Positions 11,389-24,200 of a stretch of DNA of 64,000 bases are shown here, piece by piece. This DNA is from Marsupella aquatica. Its lineage: Eukaryota > Plantae > Marchantiophyta. The position numbers were made by a program, and so were the translations under genes. Each line of letters opens with the position of its first letter. Positions within the stretch are counted from its first letter, which is position 1. The notes beneath the pieces are model-generated. The model was given only the letters and a program-made list of their open reading frames with translations, searched no databases and was not told the DNA's origin. The DNA is taken from NCBI GenBank assembly GCA_973895155.1, contig OZ316892.1:5168510-5232509 (forward strand), read 5' to 3'.

Positions 11389-11620
11389 TTTGCATTGAAT
11401 TGCATTGCCGCCTTTACCTGAAGCTTTTTCTGCTCTGATTGAGTCGCTCCATCTTTTCGGCCAACATTCCTGAATCCGAGTGAGGTGCAGGAGCTTTGCT
11501 TTGCATTGCATTGCATTGCGTTACGTTGCGTTGCATTGCCGCCTGGACTGAAGCTTTTCTACTGATTGAGTCGCTCCGTAGTTTCGACCAACATTCTTGA
11601 TTCTGAGTGAGCTCAAGAAG
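11389..11620. repeat. Two-copy tandem duplication, period about 131 bp, in the expansin leader region
   Basis: TTGCATTGCCGCCT..CTGAAGCTTTT..CTGATTGAGTCGCTCC..CCAACATTC.TGA.TC.GAGTGAG starts at 11400 and again at 11531. Confidence 0.9.
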
Positions 11621-11822
11621 TGGTAGATCCGTTTTCGAAGTCGCGGAGTGTTCGCGAAGGCGGTGACGTTGTTTAGCAGGCGGGAGCATTGAAGGAGAGG
11701 TTACTGGGTAGGGAGGAACCAAGCGAACTGTGGGGTGGTGAGGTCCTAGGAGGCTTGAGAGCCGGCCGGACCTTGGTTACTCCAGAAAATTTTTGTTGAG
11801 AGCGAGTTCGGTTTCTAGCGGA

Positions 11823-12913
11823 ATGGCGGCTGTGATGAAGTGCTTATGGCTCGCGATGGCTCTGTTTCTGATATCCGAACGGGCAATGCTCCAAGCCCAA
11901 GCGTGGAGTGTTGGTCATGCCACCTATTACGGCGGAGCCGACGCTTCTGGAACCAACAGTGAGTTCCAGTTCCAATGCCACACATTCTGGAATGGATAGT
12001 CCTTTTATTCTTGCTTTTGTCTCTTGCTGTCGCGGCTGGTAGAATCTCGTCTATGGTCATCCTCTCTCGCGCTTTTCCAATAGCCTCGCGTCCTCGCGTA
12101 CTAGTTTCAAAATTCTCTATACACAAGTCTCGACATCGTATTATATTCCACGCCTCATTCTTCTTGCGTCTTATCAGTGTTCTTTCCCTTCTGGAGGCTG
12201 AAGAATTTTTATGTCACATGCACGTTCATGCAAGAATATTCTGAAAGAAGCTCTGCTCTTTGTATACATGTTGGTCAAGGCGGCTGATAACTGATTGTGT
12301 CTTTACTATCTCTGCAGACGGAGCTTGTGGATATAGCAACGTTTTTGCTCTCGGATATGGTACTCTCACCGCAGCCCTGAGCACTCCACTGTTCCAAGAC
12401 GGGCTCGCATGCGGCGCATGCTTTGAAATCATGTGCTCTGGAGACAGCAGCTGCTTTGGAAACTCCATTGTAGTCACAGCGACTAACTTGTGCCCTCAAG
12501 GCAGCTTCGGAGGATGGTGCGACTTCCCCAACTACCACTTCGATCTCTCGCAGCCCGCATTCTCCCTGATTGCGCAACCCGTTGCTGGACACGTTGATCT
12601 CCAATACCAGAGGGTGGCCTGCAGCAGGAGCGGAGGAATCAAGTTCCAGGCACAAGGGCACACCTATTTTTTGCAAGTTCTTGTCTACAACGTCGGGGGA
12701 ATGGGAGATGTGACTTCGTTGTCGGTCCAGGGCATCGGCGGGTGGAACCCTATGATCAGGGGATGGGGCCAGATTTGGCAAACGGCGTCTATCCTCGATG
12801 GGCAATCGCTCTCCTTCGCTGTGACCACAAGTGATGGCAGAACAGTCACTAGCTACAACGTGTGCGGCAACTACTGGCAATATGGCCAGACTTTCTCCGG
12901 GTCACAGTTCTGA
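11823..12913 (+). CDS. EXPA: Alpha-expansin, 243 aa, 2 coding exons (11823-11958, 12318-12913)
   Basis: Signal-peptide-like N-terminus, then WSVGHATYYGGADASGTN|NGACGY across a GTGAGT...TGCAG phase-1 intron. Also TAALS, CGACFE, VTATNLCP, GGWC, HFDLS, VYNVGGMGDV, WGQIW and terminal GQTFSGSQF. Spliced length is 732 nt, in frame. Confidence 0.96.
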
Positions 12914-15399
12914 CGAAAGATCGATGATCAGCTCAAGCAGCCACCAATGGGGATTTCCGTCTTTGCACTGTAGCTAATTAGCGCATGAATTTTTAGTTAC
13001 ACCAATGGTGAATGTATCATTCGAGGTTGTCACGTCATTCGAGGTCTAAGGCCAATGCAATGCCGCCCATGGCAGTGCAACCTATTCACGTTTTCCATGA
13101 TCTCATTCTGAGTATGTATAGTAATATTGACGATGTAGGCTCATCATGAGCGCGCCATTCCCCTATCTCCATGTAGCGACGGACAAGCACTGCATGTTCT
13201 AAAGCAGGATTTCGGGGACGGTGTGAAGTCTTTGACAAGAGTTTGTTTCGGCGGATTGAAACCATTCCGCCGGGCACTCTTCTTGGCAACGATTTGCTTA
13301 TTATAATTAGGGTTAAGGGATAGTGTTTTCCTACTCATGAAATGCTTTGTAAGTATTCTATCGATCCGGGACAGTTATCTATGGTTAGCCTTGTTCTAGG
13401 TGGGACTCGTTACAAACTCCCGTAGTTGCAGAGGTGCGCATCCGTAAGCCGCCCGCCCTTCTCAGCCCTTTTAAGCATTCGGATTGAGAAGGATTGTAAC
13501 GGCCCACGCCTGAGTAAAAGACCAAATGTTTCTAAATATCGTGTGACGGATGTTTTTTGGGTACCTTGCAATATTCCCCATGGGTTTGTCTCCAACAACT
13601 TGTTTTCAGATCCCGTCCCTTGTAGAATTCTAGCCACACGGCCTTTCTCTACCCTGATGAAGTACATGAATGAATATCTCCAGCGGACTTCCTTCTCCTG
13701 CGTCTGAGAACTGACAAAGCTGACGTTGGGAATGTGGGCGTCACGGATTTTTCTCCCAACACCTCGTTTTCATTTGCCGTTTATTAGAAAGTACGAGCAA
13801 CGTAGTCGCTTTCTCTAACACTCGTGAAACAACAATGATTTCCTGCGCCGGACTTTGTTCCCGCCTCTGACTGATCAACTGACGAACTGATGAAGCTGAC
13901 GTTGGGAATGTGTCTCTGAGCTTTGGTCCTCTCCGCTCAAGGCCTCAAGCCCGTTTTTTGCCTGACCTCAGAGGTCTGATGGCGTGACTGGCCATTTCAC
14001 TCTTTCCAAGAAATTGTGTCACGCGAGGTTTGGAAGGAGCAATTTTTCTGGACCTAGTGTCTTCATGGTTTTATGAGTGTGATCCATAGTCATTATCTTC
14101 GTCTGTATCATTAGGCATTCCGAATTTTGTTCTCACAGCTGTGTAAAACTGTCATCATCGTCTGATAGCATATGATTGCGAACGGCGCTACTGTAGTTCA
14201 CTAGTTCTCGTTGTCAATCTCGCGCCATTCCAAACTATGGTTAGTTACGGTCGACAGGCTATTGTTATTTTGAGCCAGTTTGTGCACCCGAGAAGATCAG
14301 CAGCAGTGAACATTTTCTGTGGACGGCCGAGCACGATTGTCTACGTTACCTCTTCGCCGCTAGCTAACCCCACTTCCGATTTAGGTTAGCAGTGTGTCCG
14401 TTCGTGTTCGCAGTCGAGGAACATGGGAACTGAAATTTCTCTACCCAACATTTCGTTCATTCGTCTTGAAAGTTGTAGCTTCGAAAAATCAGGGCGGTGT
14501 CCTATTCTGATTGAAGGCGGATTATTTTTTGACGTCGGTAGAGCCGTTCCATGCCGACACCAACTGTGTTGGATCTTTCGCCGACCTAAATTATCTGGAA
14601 ACCATCTTGTCGGCGGAACTATAACCCACCATTGGCACAGCACGTTTTCTAAACGTTGCATCAAGGAGCAGGGCCATGTTCTTCAGTGTCTGATCGTCGA
14701 AGTTGGGGCATTTTCTCGAGGTCTGTTGGAAAGCGATGCGGTATGATTGGCAGCCTCAGTGTCTACGAGTGTCTGGATTGAATTCACTTCAACTTTTACT
14801 CGGCTGCCATTGTTCGGTCGGACCATAATGATGACACTCTCGATTTAATTAGCGGGGAGATACCAGCAAGAATTTAAAAAGGATGGTGGAGCCGACTGTC
14901 CCGAAGCGAGGTACCATAACGGAAGCTCATACAGTTCATTTAAACTCCACGTTCGCGTGGGCAAAGCTTTGCAATAATGGAAAGGATGTTAGCGGGTCGA
15001 TTCGATGGATCATGCACATAATTGCTCTCACCAGTTCAGCTGCGACGAAATGGGGAACGGAATTGGGTAGTAGGATGGGGACAAGAACCCCACTCCACTC
15101 CAGAACATGCGAGGCTCCTGGGACGACCCTGTGCTTTTAATTATGATCAATCATTCGGAATACCACGAGGCCGATCACTCGCACAGGAAATGAAACTTGC
15201 TTTATGTACGGCGGAACGCCTAACCCCACCAACATCGATCAGTCTGTCAGCTCCTGGGAGGGAAGAAAAACAACCATGCAACACATTAGGCGATTGGATT
15301 GAAAATCATGGCAGATCCTACGGGAGGGAAGAGAGACGCATGTACATTGTGACTGCGACCGCCGAGCTCACTCTATTGATTGCTACTCAGCTTTAATGG

Positions 15400-15560
15400 C
15401 GTGATCGTGGGAAGTTGAGGAGCTTGGGGAGGCAGGGAGCGTTTTAGTGGGAGTGGAGTGCTTAGTCATGTCATCGAACGGAGAGGTGATCCACTGTCGC
15501 CAGCGACTCATGTCCGAGGCCAATGGCAACACTCTGGAACGATTCAAAGCGCGCGGGTGT
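15400..15560 (+). mobile_element. Possible tiny relic of a copia reverse transcriptase N-terminus
   Basis: The peptide NGEVIHCRQRLMSEANGNTLERFKAR resembles the copia RVT_2 start 'G.K.IGC.W.FK.K...DG.LERYKARL'. Short, and could be chance. Confidence 0.3.
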
Positions 15561-18500
15561 ACTTGGCACGAACGAATGTACGACCTACTCGCTCTCTCTC
15601 TCGGTTTGACAACCTGCAGTACTCCCCCTCAATCGTATGAATCCAAATTCCACAGCAGGCCACACTGCCACAGTCCCAATCCACGGAGGTGAGGGGATTC
15701 ATTGATACGTCGAGCTCTTCAAACCATATTAGAGTGTTGCGCAGAAAGCTCATGCGAACGAGGCCTGTGGAGTACATTTCGTCCTTTCTTTGTCTTGGGA
15801 TTTGGAGGGAAGTGCTCCTACTGGCGCTTCTCGGATTATCATGTTCATGATCATGCAGCACCACCTGCCATTTACCGGCTCTCTCCTTGTGAAATGTGTC
15901 GTCTGAATGGCAGATTTTCTCCTCCCTTTTGTTGACCCTTTTCTACTAGCCATCCGTTCTGACGGTATCGTCCATCTATCGTCCCAGATCCCTCATTTTC
16001 GTGGGGGCACCTGTCATTGTACTGCAGATCTTCCTGTTTCATTTCGTGTACCGCAGATCGAAGACAGGAACACGGATTTCTTACAACACACTAAATCGTT
16101 CATTCTACCCTAAATCGATTATTCACCTTTGAGACCTAACATACCTAACACTGCCAATCTTCAAAAATCTCGCTCTGTATCGTGCAACGTAATTATGTAT
16201 GGCCGATGTTTTTCCTCCTTTCGTGACAACGGATTTATGTTGTCGTACCTTCAGCAGTTCTGACAGCATTATCCATCGATCGTCCGAGATCCTTCGCTTT
16301 TGGAGCGGCACTTGTGTGATTATTTTATTGTCTCGCCTGCAGACCAAATGTCATTTCTTTTCTACTGTAGCTCTGCAGATCACATCTCATTTCGAGTACT
16401 GCAGACGAAGCAAGGACACCGAATTCTTCTCAAAATGCTCTAGTAGATTATTTATCCTCCGAGATCACTTTCGAAGCACCACATGTCATTTCTGGTAAAA
16501 ACGAGGATGTAAACCAGAACGTACGAGCTGCAGGCTAGGCTCTCCAAGATCCTTCGTTGTAGGGAAAGCACATCTGATTTCTAGAAAAGCGATGAATGAA
16601 GGAATCGTAGCAAATTTTTGAACGACTGGAGAACACAGATTGCCTGCGTACCCCAGGAGGACTACAAATTGAACCTCCATTCCAGGTTTGAGAGTAATTC
16701 AGTCCATGCAGGAAAACATTGCGCAACAAGGTTCAAACTTAATCTCATGTTGAGATTCTTGCGACCGATCCAAATGGACGTTTACCCTCGGATGACAGTT
16801 AAACGAGGTCAGAACGCATGACAGGCTTTTGGATAACGGATCCAACACAGTTCTCACCCTTGCATGTAACGTTCTTCCCGCTCGATTCTTGCTCCCATCT
16901 GTTTCCGGCCTCCTCCTGGACGGGTGACTAATTCCAAGCTTCCACAGCGCTGTGCTTTCTTTCTTTTGCCTTTCTTTTCCTTTCATTTGCAGCGACAATG
17001 AAAGCCGCAAGACTTTCACGAAGAAAATCTTAGCGAGGAGTCGGGGAGCACAGCAACCTAATTCTTTCCCCCAAGAATGTAAACCGACAAGGAAATTGAG
17101 ACTGAAGGTATGGCTCCTAGGGAAAGAAATACACAGACCGACGGGCATGATTTCTCCGATGCCTAGGTCGGGCTGTCTCCAAAAGAGGAACTATGGTCGT
17201 AGTTCGGCCTGCAGATTTCCCTGACCGCATTGATGGAGGGGGCGCCGGTGTCCCGCCAATACGGTAGAGGTGCAGTGAGGCCGGCCAGGCGATGCGGATT
17301 GGGAAATGATGACCGAGATCAGGAGACGGTCACGAGCTGGGAGCTAGCCCTGCCCCCTTTCCTCTCTGAGCAATTCTCTGAGGGATTCTCTGAAGCAATC
17401 AACGTATTCTGCAATGGGAGTCCTTGCCTGGCAACTCCTGGCATGCATCTGACTGTAGAGCGTTGCCAAACTTGTGGTGCGCCATCGCGCAGGCCCTGCA
17501 CGGCAATTCTCAGAGTTCATACTCTGAGAGACGCCCGAAATTTGCGTCATGGGAAAGACTACTTTTCAGCGAGACTGATCGAATGAGTGATGAGTCTGTC
17601 AGGAATGTGATGATGAACTCCTGGGACGGGAAAGCAGCCATTGCTTGCTATATTGGTCATTGCCAGCCAGCAGCCGCAATAGAGGAGCCGTCCGACAATT
17701 CGACGAGGTGCCAATACCGTCGATCTCTCCTCAATTCTTCATCATCCTCTTCTTCTTTGGTCACTCACTCGCAGCTCTGTTGCCACCGTACTCTTGTCCG
17801 GCCATGCCGGAGCTGATTGCCAGGCAGGAAGGTCATATGTCGGAGATTCGTCGACGCTCCCAAGAGTGTCCCTCCTGACTTTTGCATTTTACTTTCATGG
17901 TGTGAAAGATTGGAGACAGCCTCTGAAGATAATCGCTCAAAGTTTAGAAAGCCCTATTCCTACGCTTCAACCAAACACCCAAAACCGAATTCAACCCAAA
18001 GTTGGCAGGCTCATCACTACAACTACAGTAGGTACAGCGGCCATCAAGTTATCATTTTCAATCATGCAATGAAAGATTTGAGATCCATGGACGATGAGCC
18101 TTTTGACAGAGAATGCACTGAAAACCTTCTGTTGCTGCTCTCTTGTCTACAAACAGCAGCAGAGGGAGACAACAGTTGCCAAAGGTCATAGCCGCAACAG
18201 CTAGCTAGACATCAAGGTCGGTGATTTCCACTTTGGTAGTGAAGTGAAAGATACGAGACATCAAGAGACAATTAACCCCTCGACCGCAAGCATAAGAAAA
18301 ATTTAGGTGGCTGCTCTCGTCTACTGTCCGCAGTAGGCCGCATAGCCATCAAATTCTCATCATTTCTCCTACCGTCGTGAAAAATTTGAGACCACAAAAG
18401 GCGATTATTCCCTCACCAGAAAGGAAAAGAACTTTTGGTGGCCGCTCTCTGCTCTCTGCTGTTGTTTTGTTTTGGTTTGGTCTTGAACATTCAACTTCAT

Positions 18501-19662
18501 TATTAACACAGAAGGATTGTGCACAGAGGCAGGTAATCCACAGATAGGGGACGAGACGGCTGCACTCTCTTTTCTGTACAGACAAAGGGACAAGGCAAGT
18601 TGAACCTTGGCAAAAGCCATAGCCAGAGCAGCCAGCGACAACAGCCAGCCAGCCATCAAGTGCTCATCATTGCGGAGGCTATAAGAAATAGCTCAGTTGG
18701 TCACCATTTTGGAACGCAATCTCTATCCTACGAAAGTGGAAACCACGAATATGCATCTTATCCACAAGACAGCGCGGGAGACACAGTTGGCAAAGCTGAG
18801 CCTGCAGGGAGCTCTGATAAAAAGGACACTGCAGAACGACCTTGAAGGGTCTTCTATTGTTACTACCTTTTGGGAAATTTGTCTCGACAAGTATAATTGT
18901 ATAGTTTCTCATAAGAATTTCTAATCATAACCACTTATGTGTGTCACACTAGCTTCGTCAGACCCTTCGGAGTTATTGCGGTCAGGATGGGTGAACCTGG
19001 TGCACTCGAACCGAAGCCCGAGCTTAAATTTGGTATTCACATGTCCGAGGGAAGAAGACACATTCCTGAGTTGTGATGTGGAGGAGGAAGAGGAAGGATC
19101 CGACGTCAACGCTAAATTCCTGGAGCCAACGCTGCTCTCTAGGGATTTGCTCATTAGTCAATCCTTTGGAGCATGAGTAAATCAGTTCTTTAATTTAATG
19201 CTCTGATCGAGCTCTGCGCGAACCAAGTCGAACAAAATTAAAGCTCTAAACTCCGGATGCTTTGACGGATTCCAGGTTTGTTTCCAACTCGGCCGCTCCA
19301 CATGTTGATGAAGGTCAATAAGAGGCAAGTAGGAGGGACTGTTTGCTTTATTTTCGTTTGTGCTTAGGAATGACCTCGGTTCGCCTATAAAGTAAGTTAA
19401 AAGGTGAGGTTTCGTGTGTCATTACCATTTCACAACATTAGACTCTGTGCAGCGGCGGAAGCAACAGTCTGAAGATTGAGCCCTCAATCGAAACAAAATA
19501 CACTGGGCAATCACCGGAACCCTTGATTGCAGTACACCATCTTTGACCACAACTCCGGAAGAAAGAAAGAAAGGAAGGTCACAGTGCTTTGCTGGAACAA
19601 AGTCGACTGATCATCCAACCAATCCAACAGACTTGCGCGGAAGTCACGAAACCAGACTTGGA

Positions 19663-19688
19663 CATCCACATCCACATCCACATCCACC
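19663..19688. repeat. (CATCCA)n microsatellite
   Basis: Four-plus tandem CATCCA units directly visible. Confidence 0.9.
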
Positions 19689-21175
19689 ATCTCCACTTCA
19701 CCTTACCAAGAAGAACAAGGAAACACGGCGAACTCTTGTCACCGTCCGACAGAGACGCACATCGTTCTCTAATCATGCATCTTCAAGGCCATACAATTAA
19801 CTTCAACAGATGTTGTCGCAGGCCTGTCCCGCCTTCCTGATGGTGCTACTGTGGGCCGGTGATTTCACAACAAGAGCTATCCACACAGACACATAGACAG
19901 AGACAAACTCAGAGCTGCTGCATCTACCGTACCATGACTCTTACAGCTGATCTGCTCACGGATCTGAGTACCTAGACGGGCAAACTCTAGCTGGGATGAA
20001 ATATTGCTTGAAACGGAAAATTACAGTTGTTGGATTTCTCGGATTCAGGATCAAACGCAACTTGCGTAGACCTCCATAGCCTACATCCTCGTACTGACTG
20101 GCCTGGCCCAGTCTGACCTTGTCTCAGGTCTATAGGAGCTAGCGAACCCATCTTTCTCCAAATGATGTGAGGCTTGGAGTAGTACTGTAGCAGTAGTATC
20201 TCGAGGGTAGTGACCATTCCGCCAGAAGGAAAATGTCTAAGCTAATTAAAAAGGTGCAAAGGTAATGCATAGTCTGATTTATGTACTCACCCACCCCAAT
20301 TTCTGTTCCATCGGAGGGTTGGCGAAGAGGGGCGAGGATTCATCGAGGGTCAGTGGTTTCAGATTTTGATACAGGAATTGTACTGATTGATGGGCTCATT
20401 CATTCCGTTGGCTCGTCCTGGCTGAGCGCCTCCATTCTTTTTTTGGAAGCTTTGATTCTTACAATGGTTATGCTGTACCTCAGGGTTGGAGAAGGGACCC
20501 CACCGGCAACTTTCGGAATGATGTCAGTCAGTGGATGCTGCACTTTCGTCCTCGAAAAATAGACGGTGGGTTCGTACGCACTGCTGTGAATGTGGGTGGT
20601 TTTCTTCGAGCTCGTGCTTACGAGCTCCTGATTGCTTCCGTCTTCTGACGAAAAGAACTGTTTTGTGGATACGGTCAAAGTCACTGTTTACCACTAACTG
20701 GCCGGTCTTCATAATTTTGCAGAAGGCTACCGTAGGCATGCATCGCCTAGCTAAGAGTTGTCAGGCAGGGAGGTTTTCGACTCTCGTACCTTTTGTGTTT
20801 TGATCTCTCAATCATAAACAGCTCCATCGTCTCCATCACAGTATACTACCCTCCGTCTCCGGTCTGCAACTAACCCCACCCAACGCACTGTCCCAAAACC
20901 TTTGAAATTGGATCCGAACTAGACTATTGAGGCTTGGTGTTTTGGGAATTAGAAAAAAATGAAGATACTGGGAGTGGGTGACGTGCTCTTTTGGACAAAA
21001 ATCCACTTCTTCGTGCTTGGTAGAGCAAAGAAAGAAGAGTCCTACTCAAAGCTAGGGAGCAATCGACCTAGCTTGCCTGGGGTGAGTCTAAACTGGCTTT
21101 CGATTGATTGGGCGAGCCATTCATTCTTTTCTCTCCTGTCTTATTGAACGTCTGGTCCAAGGACCTACGCCTCTC

Positions 21176-21206
21176 TGGCTCTCTCTCTCTCTCTCCCTCT
21201 CTCTCT
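21176..21206. repeat. (CT)n microsatellite
   Basis: Interrupted CT run directly visible. Confidence 0.85.
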
Positions 21207-21884
21207 TTGAATTCTTGTTTGGTTATTCTGCACTTTCTCTCTCTCGTTCCTGCCAAGCATGTGCTGTCCACTCTTGTCTTCCTGTCAGTTAAATCGAGGT
21301 TCACAAGAACCTAGAGATGGGGAATCACGCTTTCAAGCCACTAAGTTGAAGTTGAGGTTGTCGTCTCCCTTGTCTCTCTATCGGTTGTCACGTCTGTTCG
21401 TCTCTTTATCTCACTTCGCTGGATCACCGGCAACACAGGCCCCCAGAAAGATCCGACATCGAGTTGGGGAACGAGAGCAGGGTCGGAACATGTTTATGTT
21501 TTCGAGAAACGGGATCAGAGCTGAGGAAAGATGATATTATCTCTCATCGCAGTCATGTAGCTTCATGACTGCATCCTCCCTCTCCAGCCTTCGTTTTCTT
21601 GGTTTCTTTATGTGTTGATCTCGATTTTGGGATTGGTCCCGCAGCGTGATGAAAGCGATGGAATTGAATACATCATTTTGATTAGATCTCCATATACCGC
21701 TTCATTTTCATTTCCAGCTTCGCTAGATTTTTTTGATCAGAATGAATGAGTCAACTTAGTGCCCAGAGGAACCCCAAAGTACGGTGAGAGAAAACAATGA
21801 ACAAATGTGACCAAACCAAGATGGTTAACCAACAGGAGACGAAAAAGCAAGAGAGAACTCCCTAATCTAAACTCCTGAGATGGC

Positions 21885-24200
21885 TCATGTAGAATTCAAC
21901 ACATTTCTGTCTAATTGAGAAGTGAATTCTGAAACTGATTGCTGATAGTTTCTGAAGTGGTCATCAATATTGAGGATGAACAGGGGAATTGTGCAGATAA
22001 GGGAGCTCAGTGCAGTACTGATCTGGAGCTGAGGCAAATCTGTTTCATCGACGAATGAGAAGGGAGAAAGTCGCTCAAATGATAAAGACTTTGTAGTAGT
22101 TTCTGATGTTTGGGAACTGGCAAGCATCTGAGTGACTATGTCCCATCTTCCTTCTGAGACATTTCAGTAATTAAAATGAATTGAGGGAAATGAAACTGTA
22201 GATTGATTTGTGAAGAGATTTGAATGGCAAGATCCAACTCTGACACTTGATAACGTTCAACATTTTTCTGTATCAAATCCGCGGTTGGTAGTTGCTTTTT
22301 AGTGGGGTTGCAGCTGAACCTCAACCTTTCATAAGCTACACTATCACATGCATATTCTTTTGTGCAGAGTAGTCAATGCCCTCCGTTTCCAAATGACAGC
22401 AGCATAAAACTGTGAGTTAGAGAGTGGGATAATACTCATTCCGTATTGGTTTGAGATAAGATGCAACTCGCTGCAGTGTTGTCATACAATGCAACCTTGC
22501 CCAGCCCAATTTTCCAGAGCTCAGTGTCCTGTGAGCGACTTATTATTCACTGCCCAAAGCAAACTCATCAGAGCTCTTGTAAAACACAGGGCATAGAACA
22601 AAGGCAGGTTGAATGAAGACGCATAAATCTCAGATAACTCATTAGAGTGTCCAGCGGCTGTATCAAAATGGAACTTGAGATCGAATTGAACAGGATGGAT
22701 TCTTAGGATTTAATTCCTAATCCACTGTTTGAGCTAACATTGAATGCGCACAAAAGATGTGATCAGGCGATTCCTTTCCAATAAATGCATGCCGCGCCTC
22801 CCAGCCTGCCATGTTCGAGCTGCCCAACTAGAAATTGCAGTGACAATTTTTCGTGGTTAAATAAGGGTAGGAAATCATCCCGAGCTGGAGTCCACACTTG
22901 ATGAAAGATTCCGGAAGACCTGCCCAAGCTGCACCCAAGCAGACCCTTCAGAGCGAAAAGTCATGCGAACTAACACAGACCCATCAATTCTTCCTGTTCA
23001 ATCTAAGTTTCTTGCAGCAGCAGTTTCTTGATAGCTTGCCTGGCAGGAAGGGGGCTTCATGTCAGTGTTATTCTGGTGGTGAACTCACACCAGGGGATTT
23101 CTGCAGTGCCTCGAAATCATAAATTCATGTTTCGGAATCATGAGGTTTAATGCCCTAGATTGCATCAGCTTTCCTTCCTTTCAGTTTTTCTGGCACGAAG
23201 AAAGCTCATATGCTTCCTTTAATTTCCTGCCTGCGGGCCAAAAGCCAATCCAATGTCCTTTCGGAAGTAGAGTTGCTTGCAGACTAGCAAGCAAGGAAAA
23301 TTTATTTCCAGTTGCACATCATTCAGGGCATTAATGGCGGAATAACTCTCAACTGACCTGGCCTCTGACTACCCACCAAAATTGCATTCTGTGTTCTGAA
23401 GCCCTGACAAAGAATTGGGGTGGCCTGAAACGCCCAAATGGTTTCGTTCTTGGTGATCATCTGCCAGAGTACAGTCGTGACTTTCCTGTTTCAGGGTCTT
23501 TCCGATTGGGGTATGGTGCTATAGCTAGCGTACTATTTTCTTCGAGGATTTCGTTTCACCTTTCCAGAGGAATCTTCAGCTTTTCATTCAAAGTTCTTTC
23601 AAGATCTTCTACAATCCTTCATTGTCCAAGTTCTTTCAAGAATGTCTTTGGAGAAAAGAAACAAACTCTCTCTGAAAACGATGCCCAGTTGAAAGTAACA
23701 GCACCACATCCTCAATTCTATCCGCAACCATATCAAGATTACTTATGTTTTTTTGAGCTCGTCAATCGAGAAAGTCCTGAATTCAAGTCGGAATACTTCA
23801 CAGGCCTCTTGGAGCAAGACTATTCTACTTATGAAACTATTCTCTTTGGTGCACTGTCTAAATCTGAATTTCATGCCCATCTCCGTGTTGTAGTGGGCCA
23901 CTGCTAGAGCCTCTGGAATAGACGATTCCACCGCAGAATAATTAATGCTAATCATCTATGGACATCATCTTCCAGCCTCTTTAACTTTGAACAAATTACA
24001 ATGGTAATTAGGATCATATTTCGATCACGATGCATTGTCGGAAAGTCTTGAGCACGAACTGCGTTCAGAGCACTCTCCCAATCATACGACCTTCCAGGAA
24101 CTCGAGCTGATACAGTATCTTTAGTCTTTATCAAAATACAAAGATAAATCACCGATCCAGAGGAGTCCAAATTTGGAGCTCTTAGCTCCTGTCTTGTAGA
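21885..24200 (-). pseudogene. Disrupted long ORF of unknown family
   Basis: Successive protein-like minus-strand segments joined by stops and frameshifts, for example ARVPGRSYDWESALNAVRAQDFP, VFRLEFRTFSIDELKK/NISNLDMVADRIE, KTFLKELGQ*RIVEDLERTLNEKLKIPLER*NEILEEN and ADLIQKNVERYQVSELDLAIQ. No family motif recognised. Confidence 0.45.

Noticed and set aside
11436-11580. TGATTGAGTCGCTCC (twice) resembling the 5' part of miR171
   Set aside because: The 3' third does not match and no complementary star arm was found nearby. Both copies derive from the local tandem duplication.
12275-12880. 201-aa antisense ORF over expansin 1 exon 2 (similarly 42848-43489 and 58260-58532)
   Set aside because: All are exactly in codon register with the sense frame. 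Avoidance of TTA/CTA/TCA codons in these genes explains the stop-free antisense frames, and there is no independent homology.
23506-23907. 133-aa plus-strand ORF
   Set aside because: Its S/F-rich composition fits the antisense shadow of the E/K-rich minus-strand relic ORF.
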